From an uncultured Acidimicrobiia bacterium (GTDB lineage Bacteria; Acidobacteriota; Terriglobia; Versatilivoradales; Versatilivoraceae): a DNA stretch of 64,000 nucleotides. Under the pieces are notes generated by a model. It was not told where the DNA came from and did no database searches. It was given only the letters and a program-made list of their open reading frames with translations. The translations under genes and the position numbers were made by a program. Within the stretch, counting starts at the first letter, position 1; each line of letters starts with the position of its first letter. Shown in pieces: positions 22,395 through 32,070 of this stretch. The stretch is taken from assembly GCA_963786955.1 (NCBI GenBank), contig CAWBAT010000004.1:192001-256000 (forward strand). The letters run 5' to 3'.

Positions 22395-22956
22395 CTGATC
22401 GTTACCCATACGTCCGATTGCTGGACACAGGAGGCGGGTATCTGGTTAGGGCGGCGGGGCATGTTCGCTCCACTTCCCCGCTCCCCCGCGCTGAGAGCGG
22501 GGTTCTGGATCCTGACAGAAAATCGCGGGGGAGCGGGGTTCATATCGGGGGAACCTCGACCCAGGGCGGCGGTCGTTCCACTCCCTTGCCTTATAACCAT
22601 CTTTGCCGCTATTCGAGTGATTGCTTACAAATGGACACGCATCCTGTTTCGTTGTTGGAAAGAGCGGGTTCCTTATGATGAATCCAAGTATCTTCAAGCC
22701 TTGCAGCGGCGCAATCCTCAACTGTGGGTGGCCAGCCAGCAGCCGCCTCCGCCGCGGTCCAAGAAAAAGGCGGCCTGAAGGAAATTGGCTGTGAAAAAAA
22801 TGTACCGGCTTTGAGGATAAATTTACAAGTAACACTTGACAGACCACCTCAGATGTCTGGGCTACAGTCTTACGCCCCTCCAGGGCTGAAAACCCGTTCT
22901 CTGTGCGAGTTTCCGTACCCTCTGTGTCCAGCGGAAAAGATATGGGGCACGATCAG
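22395..22956. mobile_element. IS50/Tn5-like MITE containing REPs and a mini-IS110
   Basis: Ends ctgatcgttacccatac / agatatggggcacgatcag; 9-bp flanks gtgtgcaat / gttagcaat. Confidence 0.65.
22590..22858 (+). mobile_element. Internally deleted IS110 (both ends plus the recombinase C-terminal tail)
   Basis: CT|TATAAC left end; AAIRVIAYKWTRILFRCWKERVPYDE; TTGACA-gaccacctcagatgtCT right end; sits in a gcCTgggcta REP. Confidence 0.85.
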
Positions 22957-23048
22957 GTTAGCAATGAAGACCCAGTCCATTGAGGCGGCTTGAGAACTCC
23001 GTAGGCGTCACGGAGCTCCACCCTCCACCCAGAGATGCACATACTCCG

Positions 23049-23624
23049 TCATCCCTGTTTTCTGTCCATTTCTCTGAGAAGCCAGACCTTGGCCAATTTC
23101 AAGTCGCGCCGAACCGTTTGGGGTGAAACCTTCAAAACCTCCGCGGATTCTTCCTCAGTCAATCCTCCGAAAAAACGCAGTTCCACGACTTGCCCCATTC
23201 GCGGGTCAGCCGCGGACAACGCGTTTAAGGCGTCGTCGAGCGCAACCAAATCGGCATCGGGCTTCTGTAAAATAACGGTGGCTTCATCTAAGGTCACCTG
23301 CTGAGCTCCGCCTCCTCGCTTCTGGTATTTTCGAGAGCGGGCAAAGTCGACCAAGATGCGCCGCATTAACTGTGCCGAGACAGCCATAAAGTGAGCTCGA
23401 TCTTGCCAGCGCACCTGGCTTGAATCCACCAACCGCAAATAGACCTCATTGACCAGCGCCGTTGTTTGCAGGGTATGGTCTGGGCGTTCGGCGCTCAAAT
23501 AATGATGCGCCAAGCGGCTTAATTCCCCGTGAACGAGAGGAATTAACTTATCCAGAGCTGCCTGCTCTCCCTGACTCCAGGCTAGTAACAGCTCAGTCAC
23601 TTCCGAGGACGGAGACCTTGACAT
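23049..23624 (-). CDS. ECF sigma factor, TIGR02999-type (copy 2)
   Basis: VTELLLAWSQG, HTLQTTALVNEVYLRL, VVELRFFGGL. Confidence 0.95.
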   Translation of the reverse strand: MSRSPSSEVTELLLAWSQGEQAALDKLIPLVHGELSRLAHHYLSAERPDHTLQTTALVNEVYLRLVDSSQVRWQDRAHFMAVSAQLMRRILVDFARSRKYQKRGGGAQQVTLDEATVILQKPDADLVALDDALNALSAADPRMGQVVELRFFGGLTEEESAEVLKVSPQTVRRDLKLAKVWLLREMDRKQG

Positions 23625-23706
23625 GCTGTCCTTTCTGATCTTGCCATGTCCCAATCATATCACCAGAGCCCAGCTACTTGGTGCTTCGAAAAAAAGTCCG
23701 TTCGAC

Positions 23707-23740
23707 TTTAGCGGTTTAGGGGTTATTTCCCGCCTTATGC
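23707..23740 (+). promoter_or_regulatory. Putative ECF-dependent promoter, copy 3
   Basis: tttagcggtttaggggttatttcccgccttatgc. Confidence 0.6.
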
Positions 23741-23759
23741 AGCAAAGGGAGAAAACATC

Positions 23760-23922
23760 TTGAGCCGCAGATTCGAAGCCTGTGGGCTCACGAAGGAACC
23801 GTCTTGACCTTCTGTCGTGGGGATGATCGTTTCGGATGCATTTAATTTTCCTTCCAAGACAGTTGGATGCAAGGCCAAGTTCTCCCATAACAGAGGCGGA
23901 TCTGCTTCGACTGCTGCCTCAA
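23760..23922 (+). ncRNA. Candidate structured RNA leader, copy 2
   Basis: Same stems as 15693-15854; followed closely by AAGGAG and ATG 23949. Confidence 0.45.
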
Positions 23923-23948
23923 AGACCTTCAACTAAAGGAGAATTATC

Positions 23949-24584
23949 ATGAAAACCATTCGTTTTCAGACCCGTGTTGCCTCGTTTGTGATCAGCGGGG
24001 CGCTGCTCGCTCTGCTTTCACCTGGGCGGGTGATGGCCCAAGGAAATGCCGTGCCCAACGATTCGTCCGCCATTCTACTGAAGGGACTCTATGGGCCCGT
24101 GGTTAAAGGACCCAACCTCGGCCTGTCGATGGTGGACTTGAATGATGGTTCAACATCAAAAACAAGATCTACCCCGTTAACGGAACTCCCGGTAACGAGA
24201 ACGAAAAAAAGGCAATCGGTGACTTTTACGCGCAGTTCCCGGCGGGGGATTTGTGTGCCTACCACCTCCCGGGAGGTTCGTTTGCAATGCGCTTCTTACG
24301 GGGGGACAATGTCACTTTGTTCCCGACGGGGTCTTTGCACCACATGTAGGAACAATCGAACTGACGATCTCCAGTTTACCGCGCACAACTATATAACGGT
24401 AGACAACCTGGCAGGCACTGCCGTGATCAAAGGTTTCGTCACGGATGGGCCGCTGGCTGGCGAGCGAGTGGATGGGGAATACCGGGTCATCAGGCCCTGC
24501 GGGATCATTAATGCACAGATCGGCTCAGGCGGCGATGTTTGTTTCCAGGGCAATCTCGTCATTAGACCAGGTTCTGCGGACTAA
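23949..24584 (+). pseudogene. Secreted hypothetical protein, apparently frameshifted or chimeric
   Basis: Good RBS and signal peptide; the middle reads better in another frame (KTKIYPVNG...AIGDFYAQF...CAYHLPGGSFAMRF). Confidence 0.55.
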
Positions 24585-24730
24585 ACTCCCGGCAAGCCAG
24601 AAAACCCCACGGCTTACTTCCCTGGGTGAACAGGTCGCGCGGCGCTCGTCGCGCGATGGACGTGGCTGAGGGCGGGGGATGGTGGTATTCACCTCCCCCC
24701 TCAGAAAATCAATCCCACCTACAAACCGTC

Positions 24731-25846
24731 TCAAGCAGCCGCCACACGATGTACCGGCCGGTAGAGTGTATCTCTTTCGACTGGGTCCCGACCGGCTTCC
24801 CGGATCAAATGCTCGATTTCCTGACGCGTCATTCCCACGGGCGTCTGAGCGCCCGCCATGTGTACGATTTTTTCTTCGACCACTGTCCCGTCCAGATCAT
24901 CCGCTCCAAAGTTCAACCCAATCTGAGCTGTCTTGGTCCCGATCATGATCCAGTAGGACTTGATATGCGCGAAATTATCGAGCATCAATCGGGACACGGC
25001 AATCGTCCGCAAGTCGAGCATGGCTGTGGGCGGAGGCAGATGGCTCAGTTGGGTGTTGGCCGGATGAAACGCCAACGGGATGAAACATTGGAAGCCCCCG
25101 GTCTGGTCTTGAAGCTCTCTCAGCCGAATGAGGTGATCGACACGTTCCTCCACTGTTTCTACATGGCCATACAGCATTGTGGCGTTCGAGCGAAGTCCCG
25201 CTTCGTGGACTTTACGGGAAATCTCCAGCCAGCGCTCGGCGGACACTTTGTGGTCACAAATGATGTCGCGTGCTCTTTCGGCAAAGATCTCCGCCCCTCC
25301 CCCCGGGCAACTGTCCATGCCAGCTTCTTTTAGCGCTTGAATGGTTTCTTCAACTGAAAGCTTTGCCCGCCGCGCCAGGAAGTCAATTTCCACCATGGTG
25401 AAGGCTTTCAGATGGACGTTCGGCAAACGCTCCTTTAATCCCCGCAAAAGGTCCGTGAAATAAGAAAACTGCAGGTAGGGATGCAAGCCTCCGACAATGT
25501 GAATCTCGGTGACCGCTTCGGTGTAACCCTCAGAAGCGTGCTGGAAAGCTTCTTCCAGGGACATCGTGTATCCACCCTTGTTGGGTTTGCGCGCAAATCC
25601 GCAGAACTTGCAGTCAACCACGCAAACGTTGGTGGGATTAAGATGGCGGTTGATGTTGAAATAACCTACATTGCCATTCAATTTTTCCCGCACCCAATTT
25701 GCCAGTTTCCCGACTGTGTGAATATCAGGGGTCGTGTAAAGCGCAACTCCATCTTGAAAAGAAAGGGGCTTCCCTTCAAACACTTTCTCGGCAATGGCAG
25801 CCAATTCTGGGCTCATCAGGCGGCTTTCAATTGAGGATGCTTCCAT
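24731..25846 (-). CDS. mqnE: Aminofutalosine synthase (radical SAM)
   Basis: NRHLNPTNVCVVDCKFCGF, EIHIVGGLHP, HLKAFT, PGGGAEIF, HIKSYW. Confidence 0.93.
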   Translation of the reverse strand: MEASSIESRLMSPELAAIAEKVFEGKPLSFQDGVALYTTPDIHTVGKLANWVREKLNGNVGYFNINRHLNPTNVCVVDCKFCGFARKPNKGGYTMSLEEAFQHASEGYTEAVTEIHIVGGLHPYLQFSYFTDLLRGLKERLPNVHLKAFTMVEIDFLARRAKLSVEETIQALKEAGMDSCPGGGAEIFAERARDIICDHKVSAERWLEISRKVHEAGLRSNATMLYGHVETVEERVDHLIRLRELQDQTGGFQCFIPLAFHPANTQLSHLPPPTAMLDLRTIAVSRLMLDNFAHIKSYWIMIGTKTAQIGLNFGADDLDGTVVEEKIVHMAGAQTPVGMTRQEIEHLIREAGRDPVERDTLYRPVHRVAAA

Positions 25847-26588
25847 ATCGGTTCTATCTCACCGGCTTAGCAGAGCGCTAAAAACATCTAAGATCTGAAG
25901 AAATCATTTGTATCTGTGGTGGCTGACCACGGATAAAGCTGTAACCGGGCCCGTTGGTCCCGGCAATACAATACGGGCCGGCTTCACCGAAGCCGGCTAC
26001 AACACTGACATTCATGGCCATCTTAGCGTATGCCCTTCAGAAGTGTCAAACAGCTGAAAAGCCTGGCGTGCTAACGGCGTGGGGGCGAAGCATTCGATGC
26101 CATATAATATTTTCGTCTCTTCGCCCTTCTACCGAATGCTTCGCCCCTACGGCCAGCGGCGCCTACCATAAGGTTGTGGTGCGGGCGTTCTCGCATCCTG
26201 CCCGCTGTGGCGGCCTTTCCAGGCCGCATGGAGACAGGCGAGGACGCCTGCGCTCCCAGGGCAACCCTGCTAGAGCCGGTTTCTGATTGCAAAGCGATGC
26301 TCATCCCGCTATTGTTTTTCTGCACCTCTACTGGGGGCGGGGGAGAAAAGTCAACTTAGGTGATAGTTTTACCCCCAGTCGCGCATTCATCGAGCGTGCG
26401 CGGGGGGACAGCGGTCCCACGCGCCCGCTCCACCTGGTGGCGTGCTTACGCGCTTCCTCTGAACTATGCTCGGTGGCCCTTACAGGGCCAGAGACCCAGG
26501 CCAGTGCCGTTCAACAAGCTCCCCTGTGTCAAGCACAAGAATTGCGGAACACGTTCAGCTCATCAAGAGGGACTGCGAGGATTGCTTT

Positions 26589-27433
26589 GTTGGAAGAAAA
26601 CTTCAATTTAGGGCATTTTGACGGCCTGCAATTACAGTGCACTCTCAGGCTTCCGCAGCCGAAAGGAAAACATCGGCTTGTCCTCGTTGCCCCCGGCTTT
26701 CTGGGATTTAAGGATTGGGGATTTTTCCCCTATCTTTGCCAGCAGCTTTGTCTTTCGGGATTTGCCACGCTCTCGTTTACCCATGCGCTCGCCGGCATCC
26801 GCGAGAATCCCTATGAAATCACTGACCTGGAAATTTTCTCCAATAACTCAACGACTCAAGAACTCAATGACTGGGAATTAGTCCTCGACGCCATTCTTGG
26901 CCAGCGTTTTCCATATTCCCAATATTTACAAGTGAATGCCTTTGGCGTGATGGGTCACAGTCGCGGAGGCAGTTACGGAATCCTGATGGCTCGAAAAACG
27001 CCACAAATCCAGTCGGTCGTGACCTGGGGGGGAATTGCAACCTTTCAACGGTACGATCGAGACACGCAAAAGCGGTGGCGCGCGCAAGGTCGACTTGAGG
27101 TCGGCAAGACTTTTTCGGGCAAATCCATTGAGCTGAAGGTCAAAGCGTTGGACGCTTTGGACCGCAACTACGACCGGCTCGATGTGGAGCGGGCAATTCG
27201 AGAGTTAGCGATTCCGGTACTGCTTTTACATGGTCGCGAGGACAAAAGAGTGTGTTGGAAAGAGTCGCAAAAACTTTGGGAGCGTTCGCTGCGTGAATCT
27301 GTCTCAATTTCACATCATTGAGGCAGCCGGTCACACCTTCAGAACGCAACATCCCTTCAAATCCTCCTCACAACCTCTCGCCGAAGCTGTGAATAGAACG
27401 ATCCGCTGGTTCGAGAAAACACTTCACGCCTAG
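26589..27433 (+). CDS. Alpha/beta hydrolase, frameshift near 27290; start uncertain
   Basis: GFLGFKDWGFFP, GHSRGG, LHGRED, then IEAAGHTF in the shifted frame. Confidence 0.8.
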
Positions 27434-27643
27434 GATAGAAGAATTTGCTGGCGCAGAGTTACACTATAAGATTGTGGGTCTTCCAAATGGATGTTACCGA
27501 AAAACTGTCAACGGGGAAAAAATATACAAGTATTCTGCCGATTCCGGTGAAACGCGCGCTCCGTCGCGCGTTCATCGAGCGTGCGCGGGAGCGCCCGCTC
27601 CACCATCCGGAAACAGTTCCGTAGGCCGCGTTCCCAGGCGGAC

Positions 27644-28933
27644 CTATTCTTCAAACACTCGCAGTAAGTCTGAAGCTTTCACGACTCCTACGATCTTCCC
27701 ACCATTTTGAGTGACGATCAGGAAATTCTTGTTGCCGGCCAGCATCTTCTGAATCGCTTCGGACACCGAGGCCGTTTGCTCCACCGTCATAACGCTCGTT
27801 TCCATGATTTCCGCAACACGCCGGCTGAGGCGCGCGGCGATTGGCAAAGAAGCGACATGAGCTTCGGCCGCTTCGAAATTCAGGAAGCGATGGTTGATAT
27901 AAGAAAAGAACTCGGTCGTCGAGATCTTCGATTTCCAAATCGTCATCGGCATGAGCGGTTTCCCTTCAATGAAGGCCACATAGCAATCCAATAGGGTTTG
28001 CTTGGTTTTCTTGTCAATGGAAAGCAAATAGCGCAAGGAGCTATCTGGCACCATGTCGACTTTCTTTTCTGGAATCGTACTTAAATAAATCAGACGATGA
28101 ACATCCTCCAAACTGGTATTCAAACCTTTCCAATTTTGTCCGATCATTTGGGATAAGAGGTTATCCTGGTCAGAATATTTCGGGACATACTTCTCCAGGG
28201 TGTCAATGGCATCTGCCAGAAAGACCCCCAGGGCCACATCGCGATCAAAAAGCATGCCAGCACTAACAATCGCGGCGTCGTCAGAGTGACCAGGGCCGAG
28301 CCGGTCGCGGATGTAAAAGTAACGAACGAATTCCGACTCCTGATAATTGCACTTTTCCGGAGGAACAATCATTCCGATGTCCTCGTAATTTTCAATCTCG
28401 TCGGCATGCGGTTCGTGGGCCAATTTTTCACCATCTAGATTGAGATGCTTCATGAGACGCAGGTCTACAAAATGGCAGCGCCCTCCTCCAATCTTAATGT
28501 TGTATTCTTTCTCGACGTCTTTTCGAATCTCACTGTCGTCCCGCAACCCTCCAAGGTACAACCCCTTGAGTATGGATTCCGGATTGACGCTGAGGTTCTT
28601 GAACCGGCCTGCTCTGAGAAAGGGCTGCCCTTCCCCATTCGCCAATCGCGTTGCCGCTTTTCCTTCAATGGCCTGCTGGGCATAGCGAACGATCTCGTCA
28701 ATCAACGCTTGCCGGTAGGCCTTCACCTGTTCCGGGTCATTTTGGAGCGCCGTGACGATGTCGGATATCGTAATATTCACAAAACGCCGCTTATGAAACA
28801 TGCTAGCGCCATTATGGGCATGTCCTTCGATGGACTGCATGAGGATGGCGTCCTCGGATTCTTTAGAAACGTCCAATTCCGAAGTCTTGGAAAGGTGATC
28901 AAAATCCTGCTGTACGAGTTCTTCAAAGTCCAC
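27644..28933 (-). CDS. Hypothetical protein with a single C-terminal CBS domain
   Basis: VAEIMETSVMTVEQTASVSEAIQKM...KIVGVVKASDLL; N-terminal ~360 aa not recognised. Confidence 0.8.
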   Translation of the reverse strand: MDFEELVQQDFDHLSKTSELDVSKESEDAILMQSIEGHAHNGASMFHKRRFVNITISDIVTALQNDPEQVKAYRQALIDEIVRYAQQAIEGKAATRLANGEGQPFLRAGRFKNLSVNPESILKGLYLGGLRDDSEIRKDVEKEYNIKIGGGRCHFVDLRLMKHLNLDGEKLAHEPHADEIENYEDIGMIVPPEKCNYQESEFVRYFYIRDRLGPGHSDDAAIVSAGMLFDRDVALGVFLADAIDTLEKYVPKYSDQDNLLSQMIGQNWKGLNTSLEDVHRLIYLSTIPEKKVDMVPDSSLRYLLSIDKKTKQTLLDCYVAFIEGKPLMPMTIWKSKISTTEFFSYINHRFLNFEAAEAHVASLPIAARLSRRVAEIMETSVMTVEQTASVSEAIQKMLAGNKNFLIVTQNGGKIVGVVKASDLLRVFEE

Positions 28934-29090
28934 GTTGGGTTACCCCCGCTTAGTTGGGCTTTATTTTCTTTCCCGGCAAAAACTCTTTAATGAACTTGTG
29001 GTAGTAATACAAACGCGTCATGTATTGTTACGAATCACCCACACCTCGCTTTGTTCAGCGTGGCTACCCAAGCGAAATTGCGACGCCAAT

Positions 29091-30158
29091 TTAATGCGTT
29101 TGTAGCATTTCCTCAGCCCGGTGGAGTTGTCCGCAAGCCGCATAAATATCCGCTCCACGCGGGCGACGAATGAAGACCGGAATGTCTTTGGTTCTCAGAA
29201 TCTCCTGAAATCTTTTGATCCGTTCTGGTGGTGAAGGCTGGAGATAACTTCCCTTCCCAAGATTCATAGGCAGCAGATTGACTTTAGAACGGATCTTCGA
29301 CAGAAGCTTCGCTAGCCGGCGTGCGTCTTCATCTGTGTCATTGACCTTGTCGATCAGGACATACTCAAAAGTGATCCTTTGACGAGGACGCAACGGAAAT
29401 TGCGCACAAGCATGCATCAGTTCCTCGATGGGGTACTTTCGATTGATGGGCATCAGCTCATTTCTCACCTCGTCGGTGGTTGCGGAAAGTGAGATGGCAA
29501 GATTCGGTAACACTGGGGCTTTTGCCAATTCAAGAATCTTCGGCACTAATCCTACCGTCGAAAGCGTGATGTGACGAGGGGAAATCGCGAGACCGTCCTT
29601 GTCTCCCATCAGGAGTAGCGCTTTACATACATTCTCCAAATTCAATAGGGGTTCCCCCATCCCCATCAAGACAACATTGATGGCTTTGGGAGTGGTCTGA
29701 ATCCCTTGCGTCGTCTGGTCATTCAGAATTGAAAGAATCTGTCCGACGATTTCTCCCGCCGTCAAGTTCCGGGCAAAGCCAATCAACGCCGTCAAACAAA
29801 ATTTGCAGTCCATCGGGCAACCGACTTGGGTCGAAATGCAAAGCGTGTTCCGGCGCTCTTCCGGAATAAGAACGGATTCAATCTTCTGCCCGTCGGCTAA
29901 CCGGAACAAGTATTTCGTCGTACCATCATTGGAAAGCTGGCGGGTATGGACTGCGGGAAGGGTAATAGTGGCAGCTTGGGGCAATCGCTCCCGAAGGGTG
30001 TGCGGAATTCCTTTCACTTCAACAAAAGTAAATTTTCTCCTGTGATAGATAGATTCGTAGATCTGTTGACCATGAAAGGCCTTCTCTCCAATCGATGTCA
30101 GATAATCACGCAGTTCTTGGCAATTCAGTCCCAGCAATTCCTCAGCAGTAGTTTTCAT
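29091..30158 (-). CDS. rlmN: 23S rRNA m2A2503/tRNA methyltransferase
   Basis: CISTQVGCPMDCKFC, MGMGEP, AACGQL. Confidence 0.96.
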   Translation of the reverse strand: MKTTAEELLGLNCQELRDYLTSIGEKAFHGQQIYESIYHRRKFTFVEVKGIPHTLRERLPQAATITLPAVHTRQLSNDGTTKYLFRLADGQKIESVLIPEERRNTLCISTQVGCPMDCKFCLTALIGFARNLTAGEIVGQILSILNDQTTQGIQTTPKAINVVLMGMGEPLLNLENVCKALLLMGDKDGLAISPRHITLSTVGLVPKILELAKAPVLPNLAISLSATTDEVRNELMPINRKYPIEELMHACAQFPLRPRQRITFEYVLIDKVNDTDEDARRLAKLLSKIRSKVNLLPMNLGKGSYLQPSPPERIKRFQEILRTKDIPVFIRRPRGADIYAACGQLHRAEEMLQTH

Positions 30159-30687
30159 CTATACAACTCTATTTATTTCAACAGGTTGAAGCTATTTTTC
30201 CGAGAAGCATCGATCTTATCTTCATTACGCCCTGCCTGTCATGATAACAAAAGACCAGGTTCCAGCGCATATGCATTCTTGAGCACAAAGAATTTAGGTT
30301 CATGGTGATCTACGATTTTTTCAGCAAATGCGCAATTAAACCCTTAAAGATGGGTGAAAAGAAAGGCTGCGGACAAAACCTGAGAATCGAAGAAACGCTC
30401 CTTAAATTTATGAAAATAAATGACATAAAAAAGTGAAGGATTTGACCCACCTTGCCTGGGTTTTGAATACTGAACCGAGTGCAAAAGTAAGTCGTTGACT
30501 TCATTGACCCAGATGGCAAGGCAGAGGAACCTGGCCTTATTGAGGTTGAAATAGCCCCATCGATATGTTACTTTGGCTGTGAAGCAAGACTGGTAGCCAC
30601 TTTCAGGCGAGCCTGCCACGCGGATCGGTCTTCACTAGAGTCTTGCACGCCGCCCTGTTTCAAACTCCATTTCAGGAAATCCTTCAC

Positions 30688-31956
30688 ATGATCAACGTCA
30701 GCAAGGAAGTCTTTGCAAATGGACTCACCATCGTTACTGAACGAATGCCCCACGTCCGTTCCATCTCGCTAGGGATATGGCTCAAGATCGGTTCGCGGAG
30801 CGAAACACCCGAAGTAAATGGGGTAGCCCATTTCATCGAGCACCTTCTCTTCAAGGGCACAGCCAATCGAACTGCCGAAGAAATTGCTCGACAAGTGGAT
30901 TCGATCGGCGGCCATCTTGACGCATTCACGGCCAAAGAAACCATTTGTTACAGCACCAAAGTCCTAGACGAGCACCTCCCCATTGCCTTTGATATTCTTT
31001 CTGATTTGCTGCTGAACCCAAAGTTCGATGTGAATGACATGGAAAAGGAACGCGGCGTCATTTTAGAAGAAATCAAGATGGTTGAAGACACCCCCGACGA
31101 TCTGGTTCATGAGATCTTCATGCAGAATTTCTGGAAAGACCAACCGTTGGGACGTCCCATTCTCGGCACCAAACAGACCGTCGGCAAGTTAGACAGAGCG
31201 CGGGTTATCGAATTCTTCAACCAGTTTTACACTCCGGGCGGCATTATCATCGCAGCGGCCGGGAATTTGGAACACGAGAAGGTGGTGGAGCTAGTCCGAG
31301 AAAAATTTGGCAACGTGGAACCTCGAAGCAATGGCCATGTAGACGCTCTAGCTCATACCCATAGCCGCATTACCTTGCGCAGCAAGAAAGAACTCGAACA
31401 AGTGCACATCTGTCTCGGAGTACCTTCCTACCCTCTTTCTCATCAAGAGCGTTATGGTTGTTATATCTTGAACACCATACTTGGTGGCGGAATGAGTTCC
31501 CGCCTCTTTCAGAATATTCGTGAAAAGCTAGGATTGGTGTACGCCATTTTTTCAGGATTGAATCCCTACCGAGACACGGGCTGCCTCTCGGTTTACGCAG
31601 GGACATCTCTCGAAAGCACCGAGAAAGTTATCGACATGATCGTTGCCGAGTTTCGGAATTTGAAAAAAATTCCGGTTGAACCGGAGGAATTGCGCCGGGC
31701 AAAAGACTACTTGAAAGGCAGTTTGATGCTCGGTCTGGAATCCACTTCCAGCCGGATGTCAAACTTGGCTCGTCAGGAAATGTATTTCGGGAAAACCATT
31801 ACCTTGGACGAGATGATCAGTCAAATCGAGTTGGTCACCCCGAATGAGATTCAAGGATTGGCCCATACCTTTTTCGACACAAAGAGCATTGCCTTGACGG
31901 TTCTGGGGAATCTGGATGGATTCAAAATTACACGCGAGCGCTTGGACTGCAATTAA
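30688..31956 (+). CDS. M16 family zinc peptidase
   Basis: HFIEHLLFKGT inverted zinc motif; LGGGMSSRLFQ. Confidence 0.95.
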   Translation: MINVSKEVFANGLTIVTERMPHVRSISLGIWLKIGSRSETPEVNGVAHFIEHLLFKGTANRTAEEIARQVDSIGGHLDAFTAKETICYSTKVLDEHLPIAFDILSDLLLNPKFDVNDMEKERGVILEEIKMVEDTPDDLVHEIFMQNFWKDQPLGRPILGTKQTVGKLDRARVIEFFNQFYTPGGIIIAAAGNLEHEKVVELVREKFGNVEPRSNGHVDALAHTHSRITLRSKKELEQVHICLGVPSYPLSHQERYGCYILNTILGGGMSSRLFQNIREKLGLVYAIFSGLNPYRDTGCLSVYAGTSLESTEKVIDMIVAEFRNLKKIPVEPEELRRAKDYLKGSLMLGLESTSSRMSNLARQEMYFGKTITLDEMISQIELVTPNEIQGLAHTFFDTKSIALTVLGNLDGFKITRERLDCN

Positions 31957-32070
31957 ACGATTGAATTGATTTGACAGTTGCTGAAGACTAGCCTAATTAT
32001 TTCCATTCTAAGGGGTGGTTCATGGATCCCAAAACAATTTCGACGGGTCTTTAAAAAAGGCTGGTTATCG

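Noticed and set aside
22299-22778. 159-aa ORF as a real gene
   Set aside because: Chance fusion of MITE/REP sequence to the IS110 tail
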